Of a stretch of DNA of 64,000 bases, positions 24,412 through 40,937 are shown piece after piece. The notes under the pieces were generated by a model. The model had not been told where the DNA came from. It ran no database searches and was given only the letters and a program-made list of their open reading frames with translations. Every line of letters begins with the position of its first letter. The first letter of the stretch is position 1. Made by a program: the position numbers and the translations under genes. Source of the DNA: Chlorokybus atmophyticus (lineage: Eukaryota; Plantae; Mesostigma and Chlorokybus algae); NCBI GenBank assembly GCA_009103225.1, contig RHPI01000026.1:147578-211577 (forward strand). The letters are read 5' to 3'.

Positions 24412-26173
24412 ATGGCGGGGATGTGGGCGGCCGCGGCGGCGGCAGCCGGTGTACGGGTGGCGTCGGTGTCGCCGCGGTGTGCTTGCGGGGCACCGACGTC
24501 GGCGTTGACGTCGCCGTGGTTTTGCAGGGTTTCTTCTTCAGCGTCTTGCTCGTCGTCGACGTCGTCGTCGTCTGCCTCCCCAGCTTCGTCCTGGCAGCCC
24601 TTGGAGAACACGCCGTATGGTCAGCGGGCGCGGTTTCCGACCGCGACTACGCGGCGGAGGCGGCTGCAGGCGTTGCCGGCAGCTACGCCGGATGAGAGCT
24701 TGCGGTTGAGTGTGACGGGCCCTAGGGACATTCCGACGCTGAGGGCCAACGTCACTCCCATTACCCCTGCTGCTCAGGTACAATGCAACCACATGCCCAT
24801 AATCGAGTTTCTTTGGCCGAGCCTCTTGTGAGACGATTGTGCTGCTGAAGTTTGCTTGACTGATACAGTTGTTATCATACTAGGCGTCGCTTCTTCCGCT
24901 CACAGCCACAGGCGCTCAGTTCGCGTACTACTGGGGTTCGTTTGACAAGTGCGTGAAATGCTTACTGCAGGGCTTTGCTTTTTTAAGCGTGGTAGGCATT
25001 CCTTTGACTATTTCGTTACATGCTACAGAGTTTTGCAGAGGTTGGGCATTTCCCTTCTGGGCACGTTGTTATTTTATCCAGGCTCTGTGCTGCTCACAGT
25101 TTTTGCCGCACTGTATTGGCTGTACTGCCCAGTTGCGCAAGCGTTCATTCGCAATCTGCCAGTTCGACGCCATCGCTTTGCAGGTACCCTATGGTACACC
25201 TCACAGGTAGAGTAGCATGGCAAGGATGTCCATGTACAGGGCCGCACAATACCAACTTCGTGCACTCTTGCAGGGTTATGGAGGGCAAGGTTGTTAGGAG
25301 TACGGCCTGTGCGTGTAGTAACGGGTGTTGAGCGCTTTTCTGCAGCCAATGGTGCGAGAGTTGAACGGCCGAAGGTGGAGACGCGCTTGAGAGTGATTGT
25401 TGGAGATGGCAGTGGCGCATCTGTTAAGGTAATGCAGTAGTGTTTGCAAGTTTACTGGCATGACTGACCTGGTCTTGGAAACAGCACATATATATTGATT
25501 GTCATGGACTGTGTGCAAGCTGTCATTGACAGAGCGCACACTGTGCTGTACTGTTGTAACCACATAATTATCAGGTGGTCTAAATGCTTCAGAGTTCAGG
25601 GGAAGCACGCATATGCATTGCTGATGAAATTGTGCAGTTCGACGTGCCATTGCGGCCTGAGTATCGGGACTTGCGGCCTGGTGACCAAGCTGAGCTTGCG
25701 ATCCTGTCGGACTCAACACGGCTGCGGACTGCCTCATTGCGCATGCTGCACGATGTATACTTACCCCAGCACAACCTGTGGTTGGCGGAGTACCCCTATC
25801 TGCACCGAGCACATTTTCAGGCATGTCACTGGTTTTTGTAGCATCATGGGCATCGTTGTTGCTGTCACTTGCCAGCAACCAGGTATGTGAACGTCAGACT
25901 TGTCTTTGACATGGTTGGCTGCAGGATATGAGTCGTGCATTGGCGAAGGAATGTCCTATGGGAGATGATGATTTGTTGGATTACGAAGATGATGTGCTCC
26001 TGTTTCATGAGACTGAAGACATGACCATGCCATGTCACTTGGACGCTTACGAATGCCACAACTCCAGCGCATGCAGTCATGATGCTGGAGGCAGCGACTG
26101 GCACGGGCTGAGCGATGGCAATGATCCGTTGGAAGCGTCCATGGTTGATGTGCTCGATTGGAAACGGAACTAG
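24412..26173 (+). CDS. Probable plastid-targeted membrane protein of a conserved cyanobacterial/algal hypothetical type (multi-exon)
   Basis: Ala/Ser/Arg-rich transit-like exon from ATG 24412, hydrophobic exon (LGISLLGTLLFYPGSVLLTVFAALYWLYCP) and C-terminal LRPGDQAELAILSDS...DVYLPQHNLWLAEYPYL. The 3' end is uncertain. Confidence 0.6.
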
Positions 26174-27329
26174 CCGCGACGTCAGTCTGGCCATTGCATC
26201 TTTTTGGGGATAGAGTGTCAAGTTTACACGCCGCGTAGTTTTAGCTACTTGTACAGCATTACTGGTATCATGCACTAGTTACCAGTATCCCCCAACTCCT
26301 TTGCACCTTTGTGAGTGTATGAAGTATGGTAATTGAACTGTTGCCCATGCGTTGTGGCAGTTTGTGCCAGCAGGATATCACGAGTTCACACTGCTTATAA
26401 TCTCTGCAGTTGACAGCAAATACGCAATGCGGTTGGTTAGGTTGTACAATGGACGCGTTTTTGGCTGATGTGACACTTATCAACGACTGGATGCATTCCA
26501 TCAACTACATGACAACTCTGCTCAAGGCAGCATAAGGTACAACACTGGTTGCACTGACACACTGTGCGAAACAGCACTTAACATATCTATTACATGCCAT
26601 GCGCATTTTTTTTGGTTGCACGCACGCACGCATATGTCAGCATGATGTTTATTGCATCCTTTTTTCTGCTCTCTGTGCACGCACCATGCAAGCAGGTAAA
26701 ACGGAGCCTTGCTGCTGCTTGGCACGCTTCTCGTCTTCTTGGGCTAATCTTCTGCTTTCCTCCTGGTCTCGCAGGTCTCTTTTAAAGCCTTGCAGCCTCT
26801 TTCTTCTTCTGATCTGCACCTGCACTTATGTCACCTTGTTGAAACAGGCTCTCTGGCTGGGTTGACCAGCACACAAATCAAGGTGTGTGTCACCTCCCAG
26901 GAGGTGACACACACCATTGGCATGTTGCTTGACTTGCATGCACACATGCTGGCGCAGTACCATACCTCTTATATACACTATGTCGCATCTGTTGTACACC
27001 TTGAAGAAGACATATAAAGATGGCGCACAGTCCCCCAGCACCAATCACTGCCGCCCAGCATATATTACTATGGTAGTGCAAGCCTAACACTAGGCACAAG
27101 ACTCGCACATGCGATCACTAGAGGCTAAACCAGGATGCCTCTGCGACATGTGGTGTATCGCGACTCCCACTGAGCAAGAAATAAGGTGAAGCTGAATTTC
27201 TTGATGCCAGACCATAGGCACATGGTGCTCATGCACAATGCTCTCCAGTCAGCCGATTGCAAATGAGAACCCTACAAACTAGGTCTGTACAGAAGTAGAG
27301 TAGTTGATATATACACGCAAGGGTCAAGG

Positions 27330-29729
27330 TCAATGCCCAGTTGTCCTGTCCATCACCTCAGAACCTCTGTGTGAAACCTCTTCAGATGCAACGGCAGCTT
27401 TCCCTTCCGTTACACAGGTGCTTTGCGCAACAATCCCTTCGTTTGGGTTTCCATTGGCGGCGCTCTTGCCCTCACCAGTCTCATACGTGCGTTTATTCAG
27501 GCGCAATATGGCCAGCTCGGCCTCAACATACTCTCCTGCCAATGTCGCAGGGTATTTGTGTGCTTCAGACGCGTGGGCAAAGTGTCCCAACGGTTGCAGC
27601 AATGCATCTGAGGCAATGTGTCCAAAGACCTGCACACAGCAACAAATTTGGGTTATCCAATTAGATGTGCGGTGAAGACATAAGGTTCTTCTGTCTTTGA
27701 ACTTACGGTGGATGAGACTCTCCAGAGACTGCGTCCAGCTGCGCGCGCGACTTCCACAGCGTGTGCGGTAGAATCAGCGTACACCACTTCGTGCATGCCA
27801 GCTTGACACTCCCCACCCGTCAGCCACTCCAACTGCCAACACACATGCACAAACATGACATAAGAGAGTGCGCTAACGGTGTGTTCAATTCATCGAGCAG
27901 TGCATTACTGGCATGCCAAAGGCAAGGCACTGCTGCGGCAAGGTATTACATTCTCTGTCTGCACGCTCACCTGTTTTCCAGCCTGTAGCAGGAGGCACCC
28001 TTCTGGCACGGCGGTGGCCACGCGGGTGCCGTTGCGCAGCCAGATGAACAGCCCGGGGAACCGCGAGCGCCCGTGTATGGTCAAGAAGTTCAGGTCGTAA
28101 TGGTAGCCTGCAAAGATGGTGCCGGGGGAAGCGCGCGAGAGGTCGCAGCCGGTGGGAGCCAGCAGATGAGGTCCCTGTGTGCAAGTAACATGCAACCAGT
28201 TGTGAGGACACATGCATTGGACGATACACCCTTGGCAGACTAAACCACACAGCTGTCCAACTTGTACACATGGTCACCGTGGTGACACTGTTTCAATTTT
28301 CGGCGGCAAGCTGGGATGGACACACAAAGGCGCGTACCAATTTCATGACTGAGGTGAACGCAGTTGCATCGAGACCAAAGCCAATCGCTGTCATCTCTGC
28401 AACCGTCTCAACCGCTGCTATCATCTTATTGCCCCAACCGTCCATAATGCTACTCCATTCCGGGAAACCAGCCGGGACCACAGGGTCAGCATTCAGCTCC
28501 TGTATTGCATTGCAATGTTCTACCTGACTTCACTGGTTGTGTTGCGTGCCATGCAACAGACTTGCATCCTTACAACTAAACTGAACACGCAGAATGTTGT
28601 GCTTGGGCCTCAGGCTATTACCTTGAACCTTGTGTGTGTGGGCCTTGGCCCAATGCGCCACATATAGCGCCACTTAGGGTCCGCGCCGGCGGGAGTAGAT
28701 GCGTGATGTCCCTCTTTCAATCGTGCCATGCGAGAGGCCAGTGTGTCATCGACAAATGAGCGCGGTAGCTCTACACCTGGAGGTGTCACACCTACCTGTA
28801 TAACCATTGCCAATATGTACTTCCATCTCCTGGAAAGACTACAACCCACAAACACACAGTACCAATACACCATCCTGAATACCCCTTACGTGCACAGGGC
28901 ATTTCGTAAGTTGTAAATTGCATTATCAGGACTGACCTGATAATGTAAGCGTGGTCGGGCATGCTCTGCCTTGACCTCCTCTGGCAGCGCAAAGTACTGC
29001 TCCATCATGTCCAGGAAGGTGTCATTATCAGTTGATGTGCAGCGTGGGTCACGCACAACCAGCGCGCCTGTTTCCCTCAAACAGTCCGCCAACGGCCTGT
29101 GCAACGGAACAGCTAACTCAGCCAAGCATTAGCGAGTTACTGCACCTGATGTTGTTGACAACCGGTGTGTGTGGCATGCGCCGGTGTTTCCGCCTGTGAC
29201 CAACATTACACTGCGTTGCTCATATGCTACACGACTTGGTGTCCAAAATGTACAGCTATGTGTTGCAATTTGGCTCTTCAAGTCACCGGGGAGTCTTAGG
29301 GCAGAGTGCTGTGCACTCTCTCAGTTCTTGACTTGAAAGGTAGTATGAGACAACTGAGTGACGTCCACGGCGGTTACAAGGCATTGTTTCAACCACCCCA
29401 GTTAATGACGGTGATTAGTACTAGTTGCAAGTGCAACAGAAGTACCACTTATCGTGGTGCGACTGTTACACTGGTCTCAGGTTGGTTTACACGTAGGCCT
29501 GCACATCTAACAATTGAGCAGAAACTTGTGTGTGTACACGTAACAGTGTTTCAGTGCAAGTCAAACGCAGCAGTAGCCGATGACAACACCTGCATATGGC
29601 TGCGAGCTCTGCGTCCGACCCGCCGCTCGCCCTGGCTTGCAGATACTCCTGCAAGTCGAACACCGGCAATGGCGCCGTGGTGGTCATCTTACACGCCGCC
29701 GCCGCCGCCGCCGCCGCCACCGTCGCCAT
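27330..29729 (-). CDS. 2-oxoglutarate/Fe(II)-dependent oxygenase, isopenicillin N synthase-like (multi-exon)
   Basis: LPVFDL, YQVGVTP, DPKWRYMWRIG, GPHLLAPTG, iron ligands YHYDLNFLTIHG and AGMHEVV, RVSST. Confidence 0.9.
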
Positions 29730-29736
29730 TCCTGCC

Positions 29737-29748
29737 TGCCACGTGGCA
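29737..29748. promoter_or_regulatory. G-box palindrome TGCCACGTGGCA in a bidirectional promoter; second copy TGCCACGTGG at 29857-29866
   Basis: Lies between divergent starts at 29729 (-) and 29920 (+). Confidence 0.45.
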
Positions 29749-29919
29749 CACCGCTAGGGCTTTGAAAATTCAAACCCTCGCTTTCCCGCCCTTCTATCGG
29801 ACAGTCGAGAATTGTCCACGACGCCTGTAGAGCCTCATCCGACGGTGTGGGTACTCTGCCACGTGGTGTGAGCAGCAGCGGTGCCGGTCGCGTTGGTGGT
29901 GGCGCTGGCGTTGGTGACG

Positions 29920-32618
29920 ATGGCGGCGACGGTGTCGTCGGCGCTGTTCACGAGTGCAGTGTTGCTGCCCAGCAATACACCATGCAGCAGCTCGGGAAGG
30001 GATTCAGTCTTGCGTAGGCGGGAAGCTGGAGGATGCTTCAGCTTGCAACGCAAGCGTCCAGCTACACTTGGCTCTCGCAGAGGCGCTGTGCAGGTACTGC
30101 TGCTGTGTGGATTGTGGCTTCCGCAAGTCCAATTTGGCACTACAATTATCAAGCAGTTCTTACTTGAAGCTAGTTCTCTGAGATTCAAAATTGCCATGTG
30201 TGCTGAGCTGGAGTGGACTTTTGATTAGGGCAGCTCGTGGATGGTTGGTCCAATGCTCAGCATGCAAGCTGTTGTGTGTGAGTTCAACTCCAGCCACCTA
30301 GCATGCGGTACCAGTCTACATAGCATAAGAGCATGTGGCTTGGTGGGCAAGATGTGACACTTGTTGCATGCCGTATTGCGATGCAGTCAGTTAGAGCACA
30401 GCAACAAGATTCCGGCCGCAACGCCCTCGCCAGGCAACGCACCGCTCAGGTCTTTTCCGAGATAGAAAGGTGGGTTGATTGTCAATTGCTCAAGGCACAC
30501 AAGTGGTCATGCTTGTCAAACAATGTTGTGCTTACTTGTCTCAACTATCTTGAGTGAGTGTGTGTTTTGAGCGCAGGGTACTGCTCAACAACACGCAGGG
30601 TTCAAAGAGCACCATTCCTGGTGCGAACTGGGAGGATGTTCAGGTTAGATAAGCCAGTGCTGTCTGAGAGCTAGCGTGCGCATTTCATAGTCACCCTATA
30701 AATGTTAAGCTCCATTCTGCGCAGGGTTCATGGGTGTTGAGGCCAACAAACGGCAGACCTCCTGAAGCCATTATACACTTTGCTGGTGGTGCCTTTGTGG
30801 GCGCTGCACCGCAGCTGACTTACAAGTTATTTCTTGAACTTCTTGCTCAAAGGTATGGCAAGTTTAGGTATTGGCTGGTAGCCGCATGCAGTGTTCATGT
30901 GTACATCTTTTGGTGTAACTCTGTGTCACTGCCTCTGCAGACAGTTGTTGGTTGTGGCCACGCCGTTCGTGCTCGGGTTTGACCACTTGAGAATCGCCGA
31001 TGAGGTGCAGTTCAAGTACGACAGGGCGATGCGCGAGCTTCGCCTTAAGGAGCCTTCGGTACGTACAGTGCAATAGCATCGCAGTACGCTTGCTGTCAGG
31101 TGAGACTCACAGGTTGTTCACTTATGCAGCTGATTGATCTACCAACGTTTGGGGTGGGACACTCTCTTGGCTCGCTGATCCACTTGCTTGTCGGTAAGTG
31201 ACCTGGCAGTATGCTCGCAACCAACCAACATTGCAATGGGGTTATTCGATGAAGGCATTGAGTTGATATGACATGTGCTGCCTGCAGGCGCCCGCTACGC
31301 TGTTCAGCGCAGCGGCAATGTGCTGCTTTCTTTCAACAACAAGGTCAGAAGTGCAACAGATGGTGAAAGTATAAGAAAAACATAATGGAAAAACAGGGTC
31401 ATTTGTAGCATTGCTTGTCGCCTTGACTGCTCATTCAAACAGGGCGGACGCAGTCATTTGTTTATTGCTGCAGCAAACGACTGTGTGTGTATGTGAATTT
31501 ACAATCACCGTCGAAGTGTGTTGCAAGCTAACAGTTGCTTTATACATGCAGTCTGCTATCGATGCTATTCCCGGCTTGTCTCCCGTGTTGGCTCCACTGG
31601 CGCAGGGGCTCGGCCCGTTCGTGGCGCAGATGACCAGTTCGCCGATCATGGCCTCCCTGCTTCGTGAAGCCGAGGGTCTGCGGGGGTCAAGCCCTCCCTT
31701 GCTCAAGTGCGTTCTCATACAGTGTTGCATTGCTCATGTGAGCACCTGATAGTGCAGTTCTCATTGTTGATATACATGTGTGTGGGTCTTGTGGTGTGCA
31801 GGCAGTTGCTTCCTTTGTTGGATCAGCTCTCACCGCTGTATGATGAGCTCCGAACAGGCCGAGCGGAGTTCACACCTTCCCCAGAAGGTGAGCACATAGT
31901 CACTTGTTAATACTTGGCTTGAAGTCTTGGCTTTAATGCTGCTGCGCTTGGAACCTGTGCATACTACCTAATAATGGCTTGCCTTTTTGCATGCAGATTC
32001 GCAGAGGATGATACGTGGGTACTACGGCGTTGGGAGGAACCTGCTGGTGCGGTTCCGGGACGATGGCATAGATGAGACGCCCGCGCTCGCATCATGGCTG
32101 CAATCACAAGCCGCTGTCTCCGCCTTCCTGGACATGCGGCTATTGACGCTGCCCGGAGACCATGGTCGCCCTCTACAGCTGGTGAGAACACCACCGATAG
32201 GTTGCCAAAACAGAACATGGCATGCCTTGGAGGGTATTGATGCTAAAAGTGCCAACAGTCTGTGCAATTACCCACGACCCAACAATTATTGCAGAGCACA
32301 CATGCACACGTAACATGCATGAATTAACAGTGCTATTGCGGGCACATGCGCTGAACTGTAGTTTGTGTGTAGGTCGCTCCTGATCTGTCAGAGTCGGTGG
32401 CAACAGCCGCAACGCGAGGCAGCGAGTTGTTGGCCGGGTTGACTGCGGGCACGCCGTTTGCGGAGGCCGTGCGCAATCTAGGGTCGCTGGGTGCGGAGGC
32501 TGCTGCGGGGCTCAACAGCAGTTTCAACAGCAAGCAGGCCATTGACGACATGACGGTTCTTGTGGATGAGCTTGTTGCTTGGATAAACGATCCTAGGACT
32601 CGTGCCCTTCCCAGTTGA
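29920..32618 (+). CDS. DUF1350 family alpha/beta-hydrolase-like protein, probably plastid-targeted (multi-exon)
   Basis: IIHFAGGAFVGAAPQLTYKLFLELL, VATPFVLGFDHLRIADEV, FGVGHSLGSLIHLL, YYGVGRNLLVRFRDDGIDET, LPGDHGRPLQ. Confidence 0.9.
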
Positions 32619-33879
32619 GGGAGTTATTGTTGTGTGCAATGTGTGCGACTTGCACTGCTGTGGATAGTTGCTGTTGCGCACGCCAGTACATGTACAGCTA
32701 TGAGTGCACACAGCCGTGTGTGCAAAAGCGTGCTTGTGCACTGCATGCGCAGCAGTCAAGCTGCTCGTGTGGCTGCAGTCAGTCACGGTGCGTGCTGCAC
32801 GGCACCGCCGCTGCAGTTGTTCTTAAACACGCTCTCAAGCATTGAGCTGACAGCATTGGTTATGTCAGCAGCGTCCTGATTGTATACAGCTGTGTACTAC
32901 ATGGATAATTGCGTACTTGTGTGGTGTTGGGTTCAAACACATAATATGCAGGGATTGTTGCATGCATGAGTGTGACACACGCGCAAGCAGTCAGCACACT
33001 ACACCATCACACTTATACTCATCCACCACCGGGTTGTCCACCTCGTTGCTATCTGTAATCGATGACTTGCTGACATGACTCGCAACGCATGTTGCTGATT
33101 GATTTGGTATGCTAGTCCCCCTGGATGACGATCCAAGACTTTCAAGCAACCAGCATGGCAAGCGTAGGTAGCTCTGCCAGCAAACGAAGCATGCACCTCA
33201 TGAGCCTGCAGACAGCAGCATTGAAGTGTATACCGTTGGCCATGCACAGGCAAAGACCAGACTCAGAGCAACATTCAGTTGAACACGCCGAACATCTGGG
33301 CCAGATCATATAGAGCATGTAGTAGATATTGCATCAGGTTGCAGGAACTGTACAGGTTGGAGGAACTTTACTGGGGCGGTAGCATTTGTTAGATAATTGT
33401 TGGCATCAGATAACCTGAGAGCGTGTGCCTTGACCCGATTTTCGTATTGTTGGTAAGGGCATGTTGGTGCACTGTGTGTTGTCACTTGTGTGATGCATGC
33501 AGCAAGTACCTCAATACACTTTTGTACGATATATACATGCTACATGGGTAGCTATCTAGACAACCCTTGCATTTTCTACTTCTTACAAGCACAGCTTGTG
33601 CTTATACTGGGTTATACTAGGTTAGCGAAGCATTTGTACTTGCGGTTGTATTGAAGCCCTGAGCCGCTGCAACCCACGTCAGCCACCAAGCGTTCATGCC
33701 TGCTCCGCCACGCAGAATACCGTTACCCAATGGTTTCTTTCTGACATAGTCTCAGCGCCAACAACCAGAAGCCAGCACTCCAACTTCAAATGTGCACATG
33801 TCAATGCTGCAGCAAGCAGAGAGCTTGCACATGTGTTGGACAAGTCAGCCAGGCCGCAGAGACAAAGGTGATGGGGGCG

Positions 33880-36273
33880 TCAACGTGAGCCGTCCAGAAT
33901 GCGTCGTACTGTGTTCACAGACACGTTACCTGCGGAGCTGGCATTAGTCACATGCAAGGGACACACTCGCGCACATGCACCAACTGGCCAATAAGGCTTA
34001 CCCCCGCAGCTAATAACCACAGCGCTTTTGCCTTGCAACTCGTCCTTCAACTTCACTAGTGCGGCCACAGCAACCCCCGCTGCTCCTTCTATCACCTGCA
34101 TCAAAGAGTGTCTGCGCCGGAAGCAAACGCACACTTCTCTGCCTACACACAGAACACAGAACACTTACTTTGCTGTGATACTGAAGCACGACTCGCATCG
34201 CATAAGCTATCTCTTCTTCGTCAACAGTTACCCATCGGTCCACATACCTGCGCAAACAGTCTGAGCAGTAGCAAGTTGAATCTGAGCATGGATAGCAACT
34301 GTACGCACACTGAAACTTGCCTCTGACAGTATAACAAAGTACTGGAATCCGGCTCGATGCCGCCAGCAGTGCCATCCGAAAGTGTGTCTCCGTGTTCCAT
34401 CTCTACAATACGGCCAGCTTCAACAGACCTGCACGCTTGGTGCAAGCACATGTAAGGATGTTGTTCATGCCATTCGGGTTCAGACGCATGCGCTCACCTG
34501 CGCATGCAGTCGCTTGCTGCTGGCAGGCAGCCGACAACCTGTATGCTGGGGTCTACAGACTTCAGCAATGCGCTGATGCCACTTATAAGGCCTCCACCTC
34601 CAACCTATTGGCGTTTGTATGCATTCGCAACCAGCAATGGATGATCACACTCACAAAAAGAAGCCAAGTTAAACATATGTGTTGCTTACCGACACAAATA
34701 CGTAGTCCATCTGCCCGCGGGTCAGCTGCTGAAAAAGCTCGACAGCGATGGTGCCTTGCCCTATCAAGCGATGCCATAACCATACTGCACTTGCAGTGCA
34801 GCTTGCAGCTTTGATTGCTCACGAACCTGCGATGACGCTGTCATCATTGTACCTGTCATGAAAGTCTCCCTGAGTTGTCTGATGCATTCAATATAACAAA
34901 ACTGTAGCCAATCAAACGTACGGTGGCACATAGCACTTGGTCAAGGACTCGGCGTCGCGTCGAGCAGCCATCTCCAACTCTTTAAGAAATTACTCGTGTC
35001 AAGCTTGTCTCGCAGAATGTTGCAGTGCCAAACACGACGAGTACCTGACACCTCCAAGTCAACTTTCAACAGCTCTACACCATACAACCGCAACTTCTCC
35101 TCTTTGCCTGTAACGTAAAGCAAACATGTCATGTGCACGTACCCCTTTGTGTGTGTGGGTGTGCATCGGTGCGTGCGTGTGTCGGCTTGCGCACGCATGC
35201 GCACTCACGCACGCGCACTCACGCACGCACCTGCTTGGATGGTGGTGGGAACGTAAATTGTGCCTTTGACATTGGCTGTAGCTGGTAAGGACTTGAGAGC
35301 GCACGCCACTGCTAGACCATGGTTGCCAGATGACTGCCCAAATCAACATAGGACACTTGTTAGCCGACAGCAGACAGCTAATCAGAGATTGGACACGTAG
35401 CGGAGAGCAATAGTGATAGAAAACGTACGCACGTAACCACGCCGTTAGCCAGCTGCTCAGCGGGAGTGCACAGGAGCTTGTTCACAGCTCCTGCGGATGA
35501 CTACGCGTGAGCCAACATGTCAGTAACACACATGTACAGAGAACGGCAAGTCAGAAACACGCTCACCGCGCAGCTTGAAAGCACCGGTCAGCTGTTCTGA
35601 CTCCCACTTCATAAACACCTACCAGCAGAAAGAGCTGTCTTTGCAGCATCGTATGTGTACTTGCTTGTCTGCAGTCACGCATGTCGATTGCACATAACAA
35701 TCTCACCCTATCCGACAAGGTGCCAACAGCTAGTTTTGCCTTGCGGGCAACGTGGAACGCATGGGTAAGTGCAGCCCAAACTCCAGCCTCACCTTGCAAT
35801 TGCACAGCTTGCTGAGGTAAAGCGACTGCTCGACTGGCGTTTGGTGTACTGCACAAGAGGGTGACTCAGTCAGTGCAACCGTTCGGCAGGCTTAAGTGCT
35901 AGCAAGTCAAAAGGACCGCAACACATCGGAGACACTATGTCCACACGTGTGACGGGACATGAGATCAACATTGCTTGAACGAACTCTGACGAACAGCATC
36001 CCACAGCTGGGCGTGACTATTTTCGCTGTCTCTTTGCGTCTGCGGCGCTGAAGCAGAGGGTCCTGTGTGTACTTTGTTGGGTGCATGCTTGCCAATGCGG
36101 CAACAGTGACGGCACGCGCAAGCACTGCAACCATCATCACCGCGGTTAGGGTATAGGCCCCTACCATACTGCCTGATGCGTGCGGCCGCTTCCCGCACCA
36201 GCCGAGCCATGCCGTCGTCGTCTCCCGTGACAGTCGGCATCGGCCGCCCCGCCGCCTCCGCTGCCGCCTCCAT
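33880..36273 (-). CDS. PLP-dependent threonine dehydratase/serine racemase-like enzyme (multi-exon)
   Basis: KWESEQLTGAFKLRG (PLP lysine), SSGNHGLAVA, TLSDGTAGGIE, VIEGAAGVAVAA, VVISCGGN. Confidence 0.9.
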
Positions 36274-38106
36274 GCCAAGCTGCTGACACTGAGCAGCCTG
36301 TGTTTCTATCCTCAGTGCAAAGATTTTCAACTTGTATAGCAGGCGAACAGTCAGCCGAGTGCGAGCGCAGCTGAGAAGACAGACGCAACGACTACGGCAG
36401 TCAGCTCCGTGTTCAGTTCGTTTTATGTGGTGGCAACAGCCACCCTTCGAAAGCATGACGGAACGGAGTAAGTAGGCAACGCAGTTGCAACATGCAACCT
36501 GCAGACCACTGGCACATGCGTGGACACTTACATGCTGCAGCAAGCAGCATGAAACCATGCAGTATGTGCCTCTGGCTAACTGTAAAGACTCAAGGGTGAG
36601 GCCAACGTACGTACGTTGGCCTCACCCTTGTTGAGTTTTTTTGTACGAGGTTCTTGTCGCTTGCACGTGGGAGCAAGCGATGAGGTCCTGCGCTGTGTTC
36701 AAAATTTGCAAATGGTGTATAAGCATAATTGATCAGTGTATACTGGGTAGGCAGCTATGCATGCTAGCATGGCGTTGCATATGCAGTTCATTGTTTCGTG
36801 CTGGCACATGACACGCCAATGCACCATCATGGTCCACAATCACAGCATGCTAGCATGGCGTTGCATATATCACTCGTATATAGAAAATGCAAGTGATAAA
36901 TGCAACAAGCACGACACATGCATGGACATGACACCTAACCATAGCAACACTCACCTCAATCACGACCAACGGGCTAGGCACACGTCATCGTGCTTGCTGT
37001 TGACACTGCTTACCTTGGACGACAACCACTGACAACAGCCCGTGTGGGCAGGTAACTGCTTGTACATGTATGCATGTAGAACGGGGCAGCCATTCAGTAG
37101 GTAGAATAGTGAGAGTAGTGAGTTGAGAAACATGGTGGAATAGCCCGGTGGTGTTCTTGGTGTTGCTTGTCTATGTGCTAACTACTGCATGGCATGTCAT
37201 TCAGCACAGTGTCTATGCCTAACAGCGCTGCACACTCTCTACCACTACCTACTTCACCATCCTGGAGCGGGGGGCGGCAGTCGTTGCGGCAGTACCAGGC
37301 TGGGGCCCGGTCCAGACGGCGGCGCCAACGGCGGAAGCGGACGCTGTGCTGGCGGCTGCGGCAGTGTAGTTGTGTAGGCGTGCTTGCATGCCGCTGGCAT
37401 GCGTGTGAGTATGCTTGTGCAGTGATAGGCAGGGTTGACAGTACGTAGCTTGGTGTGACGATGTCGCTGTTAGTGTAAGACACTTCACCACTCTACTGCC
37501 CAAGTGTGTGCGCTGCTCAAGTCCCACACAGTCCTGTAGCAGGTGCCACGTGCTAGGTCACATGATGCATGTAGCTGAAGTACGCACGAGCATGCACAAC
37601 TGGAAGCACATGCACCTAGCTGTTACAAAGGCGGATTGGCTTTCCAAGCTAACATGCAGCTCACAACGCAGCACAACACATATATTTTTGGAACTGCAGA
37701 TGACAATGCGCTGTAGCAATAGGCAGTGGTGTAGGCCAACAGGGCCCTAGGGTACATGCCATTGAGCAGGTTGGTGCATACAGCACATAGAGGAAGTACA
37801 CAAACAAGTACAGATCACACGGCACAAGAAGGGGAGGGAGGGGGGGTAGGGAGGGGCACAGGCAGCGAGCAGGCTATGAGCGCTTGATGCACTCCATACT
37901 CCACCACAGGTGATTGTGACGTGCTTGAGAGCTCACAAAAACAAAACGCAATGCTAACGAATTAACGAACCCGGTTGCAAGCAGAGGTTGCCGGCCTGCA
38001 CCCGACACACCCGCAAGCGATGCCGATGCCTTGCTGGCACAGGCCCGTACGGCTATGCGATGCGTCTGAGAAGGCGTGCTGGTTGATATTGTGCCGCAAA
38101 TTGATG

Positions 38107-38111
<5 letters not shown>

Positions 38112-38139
<28 letters not shown>
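38112..38139. repeat. (GA)n microsatellite
   Basis: Pure GA repeat. Confidence 0.9.
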
Positions 38140-38550
38140 CCACGAGGGGATTGGCACTACATCAAAAGCATTGGCAGTGCATACAACATTGATAAGGATT
38201 AGACATAGCAAAGAACTTGCGTCACTTCTTTTCTCTTAACATTAACAGACAAAGTAATATGGAGACTGCATGCAACGAGATGCTTGCATGCGAAGCTGCC
38301 TACCCAGTACACATGACAAAGTGACACGCGCAGCCTCCGTGTTCAAGACTGTTTCACCTCTACTGCACTGCAGCACAGAGGCAGTACTGCTGTATATGCA
38401 CAACACAGCTATAGAGACAACTGATGTAGCGACGTTCTGTGCAAAGACTCTTTATAAACAGCGCTGTGGACAAGTGCCCCACAACGTGACGGTTAGTGCT
38501 CTTGTGCCCTGCCAGACCCCTCAACTCGATGTGCTGCTGTGCATCGCGTG

Positions 38551-40937
<2,387 letters not shown>

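Noticed and set aside
24387-24611. Acidic minus-strand ORF (DDDDVDDEQDAEEE)
   Set aside because: It is the antisense shadow of the Ser-rich transit-peptide exon of the + strand gene starting at 24412.
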